Below are positions 9,662 through 22,511 of a stretch of DNA of 59,604 nucleotides, in pieces. Where the stretch lies: positions 1 to 59,604 of the forward strand of contig KZ538668.1 of assembly GCA_000934665.2 (NCBI GenBank), given 5' to 3'. The stretch is from Catajapyx aquilonaris (Eukaryota). Under the pieces are notes generated by a model that searched no databases, had not been told where the DNA came from, and saw only the letters and a list, made by a program, of their open reading frames with translations. How positions within the stretch are numbered: position 1 is the first letter of the stretch; each line of letters opens with the position of its first letter. Made by a program: the position numbers and the translations under genes.

Positions 9662-12600
9662 CTGTGGGAATAGAAAACCGCATTAATTTTGAAGCCCTCC
9701 AACAATCTTCATTATGCAGGCTAAGCAATGTGACGTTTGCTCACCTCATCATTGTAGACCCAGGCTTGGTTCCCACCCATCCCATGACACCTGACTAGCT
9801 TGACAGGACCACTTGGATTGGAGGCATCGAGGCAGTTGTCATCTGACATAACCTGCTGTCTCTTGGTGTATGCAAATACCTGATTTCCACCTAGTCCGTG
9901 GCAGTAGCTGGAACCAACATTCTCCCCACTTTTCCTGCCAAGGGTGTCTAAGCAGTTTTGAGACTCTGCATTGCGAATCTGGATTCAAGGAAAAGAAATT
10001 TAGATCATCACAATGTGCACAAGTCAAGCAAATGGTTACAATATTTAGGACCAAGCCTAAACAGCATATTAGGTAACTTACCCACAGGGTAACTAAGGTA
10101 AAAAGGAAACACAATACCCCATGGGAAATTACCTCTACACTGTGCAGACTTAATGTAGTTGACTAAAAATTGCAAAACTGCTACAAACCTCCCCCAGGTA
10201 GTAGTAATCAAGTGGCATCTGTGATTCTGGATACACATTTTCAAGGTACCATCGGAAGCTCTTGCACTTGAGCCTCTCTCGAAGTGATTTCCGTTCGCTC
10301 AAATCACCCACCTCCACGTTTCTGGCCCCTGGAAAAGTTCATTATGCATCCAACAATTCCCAGTTGCAGGCATTAGTGTATAAGTGACAGCAGAAAAGCC
10401 AGTTACTTGTCACAAGGGATGTTACATTCCGCATGCTCTACTTTTAACTGGTAGTTTACTATGAATCACCAGCTCACAACACATTATGAAGCCCTTCTAA
10501 AGCATTTGTGTGCAAACCACACACAAAGTAAACCACACGCCTCCAAACTGGAATGTACTGTTTATGCAAGGTGGCACATTATGGATTGATTCTTTGTGCA
10601 AACATAGGAGAAAAATGTGCAATTTTTTGAACTGATCCGCAAAGGAAACATCAATGAAATTGGGTAATGTGCGTCACAATGGCAAGTGCCGAATCAAAGG
10701 GAAAAGGTGCCAGGGCATAACACAAAGACCACACTGTACAACATAAAAGACACACACAAATGATGATAATTGAAATACTTATTTTGATAACTGAACAGCA
10801 TTGCATTGAGGTTAGATCAAATGGCTTTAGGTTGTGTATATGTCAGTTACTGTGATTCAAAGAGATTCATTGTATAATCCTCCTTTTTTGATGGCAGTAA
10901 CCAAGTGTGAGGCAACTTTTTAATTTAAAACACACATTCACGAAGAAATTATACCTGAGCGGATGCATAAATATCAAAGAAATGTGCCATGTGGTTCACA
11001 CCAAATTTTTGTCACGGTGTTAGTATGGTGTTAATCAACAAAAATAATCACATAGAGAGCTAGCTACATTGAAAGCATATATCCTGCCTTGTTAGAATAG
11101 CGCACCTGGGTTAATACTGTAGTAAAACTCTTTCCAGTCATCAAGCCAGACCTCAGCCAGACGTGCGTTGTTATGGTTGACGATCTTAGACGTCCCTCCG
11201 GGGAAAGTGTATGGAGTGGATTTGCGGAACACGTGCCCCACATGTGAGCATGTGGCAATCTCCAGCCGACCTCCACACATCCACACCTACACCAAATGCA
11301 CCAACAGAGTAGGATTGGGGAGTTAGTAGTGGAATGCAGGACTGTTAGAGGATCAGGTTACAATTCGCAGCGATATCCCCAAACACAAGTGGGAATTACA
11401 TTCATGCGCGATACGTATGTACATGTTGGAAAGTCGACTTGAAAGTACCTTCCTGGCAAAAATACCCCACAATCCAAGTATATATACTGTTAGTCATTTT
11501 GTAGCAGCATTATTGCACTTTTTAAATGATCAGAAGAGAATTATTCATGAAGATTAACAATTTTTCTGCATGTCTAACTAAAATGCTGAGATGCATTGAA
11601 AATAATGACAAGTGTCACATTGTAACTTTCATTAACTGGCCAATTACTTAGATTTTTAATATGGCAAAAGCAACCCAGGCTATTGATAAATGAATCACAC
11701 CTTTGCAGGCTACTATACAGGATAACACCTGGAAAGTAGTGATTGTAAAATGATTTTAAGGTTATGCATATACTTGTTTTGCCAAGAAAATAATGTGTTG
11801 CACATATCAACACCCCGAAAAAAGCACAAATTAATGTCATTATTATTAGTCTTGCTTATCTGAAAAATTAGCTCCCAATAAAATACACCTGTAAAAGCAC
11901 CAAATATCCGAACATGAGAAACACGCATGTAATTCTACATTGGGTTAGACCAATAATCCCTGTAAGAATAGAAAAGACACCCTTGCTGAAGCTTTTGCAG
12001 TTTTTAAAAAACCTCCCCAATTCTCTCTACCTGTATTCATTTCATAAAAGAAATCCTTCCATTCGTCCATCCAAACTTGGGCCACACGTGCTGCATTACG
12101 CTGCACTACATATGCCACCCCTCCAGGGAATGTGTATGGACTCTTATCCCGGAACACATGCCCAACATGGGAGCATGGAATTATTTCCAGGTTCCCTCCG
12201 CATTGCCACACCTGTAAATTCGCCCCCCCAGCCCCCAGAATGCAAGACCTCGGTACTACATCGTTCTGGATGTTAAAAACAGTCACTTCCGCATGCTGAT
12301 ATTCCCCTTGCACAGGGATTGACAGAATATTTTCAGTGATTTCTGGTCAGAATTGGTACGAAATATTGCGGCTGGAGTGGAAACTACAGTTAAGCCTCAG
12401 GAGTTACCCATATGTGAATGTGCGCATCTTCTCCAGCATAAGTTGAAAGGATAACAGGCGCACATAATTTATATTCCATTTTCAAAAAGTAAAAATCACG
12501 GAAAAATCTTGTCTCTCTCTGTGCACTACTGCTTTACAGCAGCTAAATTATTGTGCAATTCTGGAAGCTCACCCGGAAGGACATTTCAAGATTCTCTCCT

Positions 12601-15600
12601 CCCCAGATGTCCATCCCTGTGTCATATGCTCCGATCTCATAAAAGTAATCACGGTCTATAGCAAAGAGGCCTCCAGCCATGGTGGGTGTCCGCAAAGGAG
12701 AAGTACGGTCACCACCTCTCCTGTCCATTTCCCGCTGAGGCACACGGTACCTGCACAGGGTTAACAAGAAACAGTGTCAGATCGAGAAGGAAACAATGGA
12801 TGTCTAACTGACCATCTGAAATTGAGCTTCCAGTTGAATCCTCCCCATGTCATGTCAGAGGCAGTGATGTACTCAAAAGTCTCATCTGATATGACATCAA
12901 TGATAGGACAAACAACAGTTTTCCTGCAAGAAATGTTCAGTACATTAAAATCTGAATGTTAATTAAGTGACACTAATCATTATTACCTATCCTCAACAAT
13001 CCTTCCTAGAAGTGGCTCCAACCACCCTTCTGTGCACTCACAATGGGCATCCAAAAAGGTGATGACCTGACCTTTGACATGCTTAGCACCCAGAAGCCTT
13101 GCCCTGATGAGTCCTGACCTTGTTCCTGTCCTGTACACATGCACTGGAACTGGCAGGGTGGATACGTACTCCTCTAGCTGGGTGCCTAAGTAGTCTGCAA
13201 GACAGAAAATCATTATTATGAAGATTAGGCCAACCAAAATCTGAAAGGTCAACAGAGTAAAAATAAATTTAAATTAAGAGTGATGAGTGGATGACTGCAG
13301 ATTTCTAATGTCCAACATAGCACAAGCCATCAATCACAAGATTACATGTTTTTTAAAAACACCCATCACTAGCTCTGTACACTGAATGGACCATTAGTAC
13401 ATTCTCCTTGCAATGCAACTTGCCTATAACGAACACTGGATACAATGCAACTTGTCTCGTATTTTACTCGTATTTTAAAATTCTTATTGCACATAATGGA
13501 AAATAGTTGCGATATTGGCAGGTCCTATGTACACACATGATAGACTGTAATTTACATCTAGGAAACGTGCATCTGTCTGAGAAGAAACAGTAAACACTCT
13601 AAAGGCACAAACAAACCTCGTTCGCTGGCATCATCCACCAGGATGATTTCCTTCAAAAGAGGCCGTGGTGACCTGCTTATTGCACTCCACACCGTCCTCA
13701 ACAGGGTAGACCAAGCTTCATTGTGGAACACTATCACAATGCTTGTGTCCGGAAGGACAGGGGCATACTTTTTACTCTTGCACCTGTGGCAGTGTAAACA
13801 GTTAATTAGAAACACAGGGGCCGCCAGCATGCTTCTTCATTAGGGTACAATTATTATGAGCCAGCTTATTTAGCAGTGCTGCCCTCCTAGTTTTGTTGCG
13901 TGAAAATGTAAAGCAACACATTCATGCTGATGGTAGTGATGATTAATCCAATTAATTTTCATGCACTACCACCGCCACTGTGATTCATCAGGAGAGCAAG
14001 TACGGGATGCCCACAAAAGTGATAAAAAAAGAGCAGAGGGTGTTGTGGACGGGAAGGGTGGAAAACCAAAGCAGAGAGGGTGAATTCATTATGGTTCATT
14101 CTAAAGGGCGGCCCTGATTGCACCATTACAACCGAGTGGCAATTGTTCCAACATGTGTGTGCAATTAGTGGAACATAATCTGAGCCAATTGTGCCCTTTG
14201 GGTGCATTGAAGTTGTTCTGGCAAGTGTCGCCTGTTGTCATATATTGTCAGTGTCATCATTATTATCGTTGGATGGAATATAAATCAAGCCTCAGGCATT
14301 GACATGTTCATGCAAACGAGAGGACAGGCTTTATTACAACAAAGGCATCAAAACCAGAAATCACTTTCATGGTGAATAAATTACTATCATCTATCTCATA
14401 ATTTGCTTCGTTTCATATGCACAATAATTAATACCCTTAACTATCACCAGTTAGCACTCACAAGTTTGTAAATGTTAACCTGGGCCCTAATTAACAGGTC
14501 CATTACTGCATCAGCCTGAATTGCAATGAGTAATTAAACATTTTTACTGTTGCCTAACCCTCTGATCCAATAACATGTACTGAGATCATGCCATGAGATT
14601 AGCCGGGAAGCATTGAACCGCTTTGGCCTGCCTTACACTCATGTTGTTACATAATCCACTTTCTGTACCATCAGCTATCTCTTGAGACAGTCACTGTTTT
14701 CGTATCCTTGCATAACATGAATAGTAAATTTAATGCTGACTGTAAGTATTACATTTTCAGTTGCATGTAGATCTAATCCTCCTGCCACTGCACCTGTGAA
14801 TGTGAAGCAACCTTTCACAGTGACGTGAGCAATACAAATATTTGTAATCTGCACCTGCATCTCTCCCTGAGTCATACTTCCCTTTGTTGAGAAGTCTGAG
14901 TAAGATATATCGACATAGCCATAAGGTCGACTTCCTAGGTGGATTACCTGGAGCTCAACCTTAGAGATATGTCCAGACGCATCGTTTTTCAAAAGTATAG
15001 CAGAACAGACATTTCAATTAGAACACTACACTGAATATATTCAGGCAACTCATTATGACCTAATCTAACCTGCAGCCAGAAAACGGGTGCCTGGAGAATT
15101 TCACTGTAATGAAAGCTCTAGAAAACCTTTCACTCAAACTTGGAACTTGATTCCAAAACCTGGAAAGTGCAGTCAGGCAAACAGCTGGCCGGCACTTCCA
15201 AGTCAACAGGACACGGTGACTAATGGTTGCCTATATAACACTTGCTGGGCTTTCCCTTGCTCTCCCACGCAACTGAGATTGGCAAAGTTTAGGTGATTGG
15301 AAAGAGGTTTCCAGTGTATTTCATTTCCCGCAAACTCTGCTATTGAGGGGTTGAGAGAGGCAGCAACAGGGTGTGTACTAACTACACCTTACACAGACAT
15401 GAGTTATTCGTGGTAGCCTGATTTCATTGATACCACCACCTCCACTAGGCCATGTGGAACGGTAATTTGTACTTCACACCCTACATTTAGCAGGGGGTTA
15501 AAGGTGAGCTCTTACTAGTTCTCATACTTAGGTAACTTGGCACTGGTTGTGGAAAAATGAAACACTACATAAAAGCAAGTGAAACATGGACAAGCATAAT

Positions 15601-16283
15601 GATAACCTGAATGGCCAAGTACTAATTAATGCATGATCCAAATCAACATCAACAACTTCCTCTGAATATATACATATAAAACCTCATGCATAAGACATAT
15701 CTACTCTTTTATGCACACATAGAGGGATATGGTTCACATAATTATGCAGCACTGATACTGACCCATCGAGGCGTGCATCCGGCAGTGACCGATTGAGCGA
15801 GATGCGGTCAGAAGCCAGTAAGTTGAACTGGTTGAGCTTGAACTTCTCCTTCATAAGTGCCTCCTGCTCTGATGGTATCTTCACCGCCTTGCCCAACTCT
15901 CCAGGCTTTCCTTTCGCCTCCAGTACCGGCGGTGCCACTTCCCACCGATGCAGCTGTCCCACTGGGTAGGCCAGCTTGAGACCCTGGAGGCTGGGGTCGG
16001 CCTGCAGCACCTCATTGTCCTCCACAACATTATTGGCACCCACCTGTCTCTCTTCGTGCAGTATTTCCCTCCCGCCTCCACCCACTGCCCCACCACCACC
16101 TTCATCCTCCATGAACACCCCCCTGGCACCCCGGTTGCCATTTGACCCACCCCTACACCCCCACCCTGATCCACCTATGCAGTCGGTGTAGTACATGAGC
16201 ACCACCACATCCACCATGAACCACACCAGGGAGGTGAGGAGCACGATGCGGCATGTGTGCATGCGGAGCTTTGTCCGAAGCAT
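9512..16283 (-). CDS. Pgant5: Polypeptide N-acetylgalactosaminyltransferase (Pgant5 / GALNT1-13 type), 629 aa
   Basis: Exons 16283-15763, 13783-13617, 13194-12987, 12923-12813, 12750-12573, [12211-12031 or 11286-11106], 10328-10189, 9978-9745 and 9661-9512 sum to 1890 nt with consistent phases. Features: N-terminal TM ([12 protein letters not shown]), [15 protein letters not shown] (DxH), WGGENLE, GHVFR and three ricin-B lectin repeats. Confidence 0.96.
9745..9978 (-). CDS. Pgant5: GalNAc-T coding exon 8 (lectin alpha/beta repeats)
   Basis: [32 protein letters not shown]. Confidence 0.93.
10189..10328 (-). CDS. Pgant5: GalNAc-T coding exon 7
   Basis: [28 protein letters not shown]...YYLGE. 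Confidence 0.93.
11106..11286 (-). CDS. Pgant5: GalNAc-T mutually exclusive exon 6B (181 nt)
   Basis: [60 protein letters not shown]; same length and phases as 6A; TACTAAC branch point at 11328-11322. Confidence 0.92.
12031..12211 (-). CDS. Pgant5: GalNAc-T mutually exclusive exon 6A (181 nt)
   Basis: [60 protein letters not shown]; phase 0 in, phase 1 out. Confidence 0.92.
12573..12750 (-). CDS. Pgant5: GalNAc-T coding exon 5
   Basis: [16 protein letters not shown]...[11 protein letters not shown]. Confidence 0.95.
12813..12923 (-). CDS. Pgant5: GalNAc-T coding exon 4
   Basis: [18 protein letters not shown]...[12 protein letters not shown]. Confidence 0.93.
12987..13194 (-). CDS. Pgant5: GalNAc-T coding exon 3 (DxH motif)
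   Basis: [12 protein letters not shown]...[17 protein letters not shown]. Confidence 0.95.
13617..13783 (-). CDS. Pgant5: GalNAc-T coding exon 2
   Basis: CKSKKY...[12 protein letters not shown]...[12 protein letters not shown] boundaries. Confidence 0.95.
15763..16283 (-). CDS. Pgant5: GalNAc-T coding exon 1 (cytoplasmic tail, TM, stem); the exon begins at acceptor 16416
   Basis: ATG at 16283; donor GG|GTCAGT at 15762; strong acceptor TTTCCTTGCTCCCTGCAG| upstream. Confidence 0.93.
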
Positions 16284-19200
16284 CGCTGCTGGCTCCTCTC
16301 ACCGAGTCCACCAAAAAAAATTGTAAATGTACACCACTACTGCTACCACATTGGTGGCTTCTTCCTCCTCTTCCAGCGTCCCCTTGGTGTCTTCTTGCGG
16401 GCTGCAACACCAGCTCCTGCAGGGAGCAAGGAAAATTACATTAGTGCATTGTTACGGTCTGCTGTTGAACATTAAATCTGCACTAGAAACTAGGTCGCCC
16501 TAGAGATGAGCTCCGAAAATGGATCCCTACATTAATAATTGAGGGTAATAAAGCTTCTGAGGATTAGAATTACAGTGCTCTCGAGGCGACTTAATCGCAA
16601 CGAGTAACTGCAAGAACTGCCAAAAAGCTCGAACCCTAAATGCCCCCATTTCAATGAATAATTTCCTGCCACACTGTATGGACATCCACTCTGGATCCTC
16701 TGATTAGCTAATTTCCACCTGCTTCCAACCTCCCAAATCCCCCATACAGCAAACCCAAGGATTTCAAAAAAGACTTTGCTCTCCAAACGACAACTGCAAA
16801 CAACAACCTCGTGGGGAAAAAAGGTTGAGCCCAGCACTTTTCCCCATGATTCCCCAATGCCTCTGCAGCCAAGTCCATTAATCCGGATTACACGAGATAA
16901 CAAAAAAAAAAAAAAGAGCAAGCCGCCCCAAAACTTTCAGTCACAAAAGGATTACTCCCGGACTAGGAAATATAATGTGTCACGACAAGCGCAAAAACTT
17001 GCTGTAATCCTTCGGGACGTCACTCAAAAAAGAGGCCCTAGGAATGGGGAAAAACAACAGGCAACAGGTCCCAGAGCCTCAGGTGCAATTTTCATTTTAG
17101 GATACCCGCTAACACACCATGTATATCCATCAAGACGCATTACATGTTCGAGCCCACAAAATGCGCATAACTCACAAATATTTTTCCTCCTCATGATCGA
17201 TAGCTATACATGCACAAGTTTGTTGGTTAAAGGATTGTCCTAAATATCCGCAGCGTCGTCTTGCCTTCATAAATATTCCTGTCTTGTCACGTCCGTGTCT
17301 CCATCCCCAAATAAATTTTCTCTGGGACGCAGAAACCTGCTTTGCGAATACCAAAAAAAAAAACCCTTTCCCTTTCGGATCAACCCTCTGGGATAAATGC
17401 GGCTAATTTTCTTTTCCATCCTCGGCTCTTCAATACGTCAATTCAAGGCGCATTTAATTAACGCCTCAGCTACTGCAGTTAACACGTTTTATGAAGATCC
17501 GCTCGGTGCGCTAACGAGCGTTATTCGCTCCCAGTTTTATTAAGTCCGATCCCGGCTAATTGACACTGGGGGGGGGGGGNGTAGTCGCTGATTGGCTGGT
17601 GGTGACTCGATGCTGATTGGCCCAAAATGCAAATCTGCGCCATATCGCTCTACAAGACGCGACGTTGCAACGTGTGACATTTGTTATTCAACCCGGGTAA
17701 TCTTATCGATCTAGCTCTATCTTCCACCTTGCGCTTCCGCATAGGAATGAACTACAGGGTGTCCCGTCATTAATAGACACGAAGGGCTGCTTCCGTTTTC
17801 GGTCCCGTACAAGAGAGTGGAGGAAAGATGGTCCCAAATGGGTCCCAATGGAGACCCTAACCCTTTTCGGATGGCTCTTTGAGAGCTGTCCGGCTCGGAA
17901 GTTGGCTCCATTTGGAAGTGTCCCAATCTCTTTTGTGCGCAAGGCTGTCTTGCTAGATTCGAACTGTATAGGCCGTTTGCAACACCGGCCTATAAATATC
18001 AACATGCATTTATGCCCCCAGCTTTCATTCGCCATTCGACGGACTCGAATGTTACTGTACATCGTAATATAAAAATAAAAGCTCATCTAACAGCGCCCCG
18101 TTTATAAAGCCCCTCAAAAAAAACGGTGCAGAGAACTATCACAAAGCGCTGTTTTACATAAAAACCGTGCCCTGCAGGCAAGCTGTGTCACAACGTGAAA
18201 AATTAAAACACCGGCTTTTACTGGAGTAAATCCACCTTGCAGATACTTGCCATCCTGCTTTTCCCCTCTGCCAAAACCACGTGCAAAAAAAAAACTCGCA
18301 GTATCCTAATTCCCAATTCCAACAGAGTCGTTTTGATGGAAGTTTCTCGGTCCGAAACAAGCCATTGATGAAGGCCCAATGAAGCTCCAAGCTGCACCTC
18401 CTATCCCCCTCTAAAAAAACCGAAGTCCTTTGATAAGCAAGCCTTTTATTCGAACCCGAGCGTGACCTGCATGCCAAAAATCCGGGAGAAAAGCGCCCCG
18501 GAAAAAAAAAAAATCCGCCCTACGAATGCAAAAGGTTAAGGCTCCGATTTATACCCTTCTCTTTATGATCCAATAGGAAGCCTAAATTCCCACAGCCATC
18601 GGGCCTCTTACGCACTCGGCTGAGCATCAAACTTACTTCCCATCTCCCCGGATTTGCCCCTACTGTTGCCTTAGCACACCCGTAAATTATAGGCCTTCTT
18701 CTCTCCCCCCNCCCCCCCCCAAAAAAAAGGAGAGGTAGAGGAAACAGCGTTGAGAATTTAAGGCACCTTCAAATGAGGAGGATGTTCAGGTTGGAAGGCG
18801 GGGAAATGCGCTATCGGAATCCGGAAACCCCGGGGCCGCTTCATCACCCCAGACCTAATCTCGCTTTGGGTGTGCACCTTCACGTATCTCAAGTGGCGGC
18901 GATCGAGGTTGCTCTACGGACACTCTCGGCGCAATTGGGACCTCACTTTGCGTCGCCTTTTATTGGACTGAGGTTAGAGAGAGAAAAAAAAGAGAGAGAG
19001 AGAGAAAGGAGAAAGGCTTGTCTCCATAGATGATGCGGAGGTCTCATCTTTTATTTAGCAGGGACTAGTCTGGTGCTGGGGCTCAAATTAACCAAGTGAC
19101 ATTGTGCTGCGGTTTTCGTGCATAACTGAGCAGGGTGGAGGTTGAAAAATGAGGTTGTAGTACATTGAAAATATTTGCATTTTCAGGCTGGGGCTACTGT

Positions 19201-22200
19201 ATATGCAGTGTTATTACATAGTATGAGTATACTGTATCCAATTGTATAAATATAGTTTTAAATAGGTAAATGTCATACTACTGACTATTACCAAATATTG
19301 AAAAACCGGCTTCAAAACCTAAGGCTATGTGCCCTCATAAAATTTACACACACAATGTACTGGCAGTGCACAGTTCCGTCTGAATACGCTTTCAGGTAAA
19401 GCAAACAAGGTCGAATATAAATGACGCACAGTACATAGCTTATGTAAAAAAAATATACATACTGCACTGCAGCATCGACTTCCTTCATACTATTTGCTCT
19501 GCTCCTCTTTCGCTCTGTAGCTACAATCACAGAACGCGACAAAGTGTCCCCTCGATCCCATACGACTTTGAGCAAAACGAAGCCACGCGATATACGACCC
19601 ATAACCCTGTTGGCTGCAAAGCCCCCACGAAGATTCATCCCTCCTTTTCCTCCTGTATACAACCACACACACCAAGCACGACCATCCATCATCTCTGACC
19701 ACCCGACATTCGAATGACGCCATTTCCGAGAGCACTTGCCCACTTAGCAACTGTTCGGACAATCCGCGAATCCCTGACCATAAAAAAAGAGAAGCCATGA
19801 CATTACTACACAAGTGGAGAATCTCCAGCCACAGCTGCCCCCTAAACATTTACGAATCAAAAAAATTCTAGGGCTATAATACTCTAGAGGTGTGGACGGG
19901 CAAAAGAGATGGAATTAGGAATGAGGCCGTTATTAGTCTGGAGAGGTGCAGCCACCGCCTTTTGCTTATTTCATAGACTCGGCTCTCCGGCTAATCCATA
20001 TGCTGCTCTGCTCCTCATCTCACATTCAAATGAGTCCGGATGGATCCAGAGAGCGTCTTCCGAGAGGCACCAACCACTTCAACACTCAACGCTGTTTCTC
20101 TGCCGTCACCACTGAAATACTCTGCCAGCACCGGTCTATTTGTGGACTCAATTTCATCCAACATATAATACACCCCCCCCCCCTTCCCATAAAAAATCAC
20201 CGTCACTTGTTATCCCCACCTCTTGAAACTCGAACTCAATATCTGACCCGGATCGATCCATCTTCAATCATCCTTCCCCGCGAAAAACCGGCTTCCCTCA
20301 ATTGGATCCGCGCCATCCTTTCATAACGGGAACTGCGGAAGATTAACTCGCATAGGATGAAGACATGAATGCCGGGGAATAAATTTCATTCCTTTAAAAG
20401 CTTCGGATTATTTCTCATTTTGCCGCTATTCCCCCGCTTCCTTTTTCAAAAGCTTGTGACCATCTCCTGCAGACACTTGGATGCGCACAAAAAAAAGGCG
20501 AAATCTGAAGCACCTAGCACCTTGCAAACCCCTGCATAATAAACCCTATTATACCGAGGAAGCACCGCTTATTCAAAAAACACAAGGGACCTTGGAATTA
20601 TGCAGGCCCCTATTTATTTTCCCTGCGAAATTATGCCGACGCTATGACGCCATGAGCAGGGATCCAATACATTTTGCATCCTAGTTGTACACCAGGGCTT
20701 TGAGCCATTTTCCGAATTAACTGCAGCTAATGTAACTTACTGACAAATTTTTCAGAGCCTAATCCTCCAACTAAACGTTTCCCTTGGCCGCCATTAGTCA
20801 AGTGTATAAGTCAGTCTTCCTTCTCCAGCAGGTAGCACTTGACGCCCTCAACTCTTATCTCCCTCGGACCAGTAAACCCCCTCTTGCACAAGCTTTTAAA
20901 CACTTGCTGACAGGGATCCACAGCAGTTATCACCGAATCCCCGACTTCCTTAGCCTACGGAGAAAAAATAGGGTACAGCGACTAGAGACGGGTTGGGGAG
21001 GGAGGGGATAGGGGCTCATGGTTAATTCGGCGCACAAACAACTCTTGGCGGTGCGGAGAGATAACCTGGAGCCCCAAGATTAGACGGGAGGCTTTGGGAG
21101 ATGTGAGGCCAGCTCTGCCTCTGGATCACGCCTGTCTCTCCGGAAGAAGACGAAGAAGTGCAAAGGGTGCCCTCCATCAAGCATACGCTCTATGTCACTT
21201 GAAAAACTGCAGCCTCGTAATGTAAATAGAGAGAGAGAGAAAAAGTATCGGCTATCGGATATTCTGGGGGGAATCAGGTGTCCCTCTGGTTTCCAATACT
21301 GACTTGGCTAATGGACTCCTGCGGGGTCAACCCCAATACGAGGAAAAGGCTATCAATCTTCAGAGGGTTAAAGGGCCCTTCTGGTACTCGCATACTATTG
21401 TGATTCGAGGCTGAGGATAAAAGTTGGGGCAAATTCGACCCCAATGGGTTAATTTCGACCGCAGGCGCAATATCAAAGACATTCACGGCCAAAATGTCGC
21501 CAACTCTAGCAGAAAGTCTTCGGGATTATACAGCACGGCACAGAAAAAAAAAATGGATGATACCACAGGACTCCTGGGACTCACGTCTTTCGACAGCAAC
21601 TGCAGGGGGGAAAAAAAGTTCCTGAGGAAGGGTCAGCAACCTACCCCAGCAGACAACGATTCAAGACATTTTCTGCTTCTGACACTTTCCTTTGCCTTTC
21701 TCTTTCAGAGGAAAAGCATGCATCTCTTGTTAACTGCTCGCTGCATCGATCCCATTTTTCCCCATCCCATCCCTGGTTTCATCGCATGATAAATTGACGT
21801 ACCAGAAACAGGTACTGCATTTTGAGTCCTTCGGCTGACAACCTGATAGCTATGTTCATCAGCGCAATATTCAATTAAGAGGCGCCGTAAAAAAGTGCCA
21901 TTTTCATAATAGATCCTGTCATGATCAAAAGCCAACCGGTACTCACCTATGATGTCCTCCAGTGGAGGCGAAACCCCAAGATGGCGACGGAGCAATCAAT
22001 TCTCCCAATTAATTCTGCACGATCTGCAAAGAGGATGTTTGCCATGTAGATCAGGTCGAGAAAATATTCACCGCAGGTCACGTCTTTTATACCCTTCCGA
22101 TCTCCTAGCTATACGAATTCTCATCTCCTTGCCATGTAGACGCAACAGCCTCTGGTGGCCCAAACACTTGTAAAACCAGTTCGAATCTACAACCTATGTC

Positions 22201-22511
22201 GCGTGAGAATCCATTTAATTGCCTTACAAGGTCTCGAGTCGGTTTTAGCAATTCTAATAATCTACCTGTCACTGGCAAGATCTTGCCGAGTATTGCGAGA
22301 CATTATTCCAAATTGAGTTTAAGGATGCCGGATGCAAAATTGGAGCCTCGCAGAAATTGGCAAACAAAAATAAAATTTTGGAATGTAATGATATCGTTTT
22401 TATAACTGTGCTACTCCACTTAAACTGGTCGATAACTTCTCTCAAATGCAAGACGTAAAATTAATAATAAAACATTTCATTCAATAAATAAAGCAATATA
22501 TTCTACATGTA

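Noticed and set aside
10329..11105. Searched for a third alternative exon 6
   Set aside because: No [13 protein letters not shown] frame or suitable 181-nt AG/GT interval found.
21320..21460. piggyBac-like end motifs (GGGTTAA, GGGGTC/GACCCC)
   Set aside because: No matching pair of TIRs and TSD could be defined.
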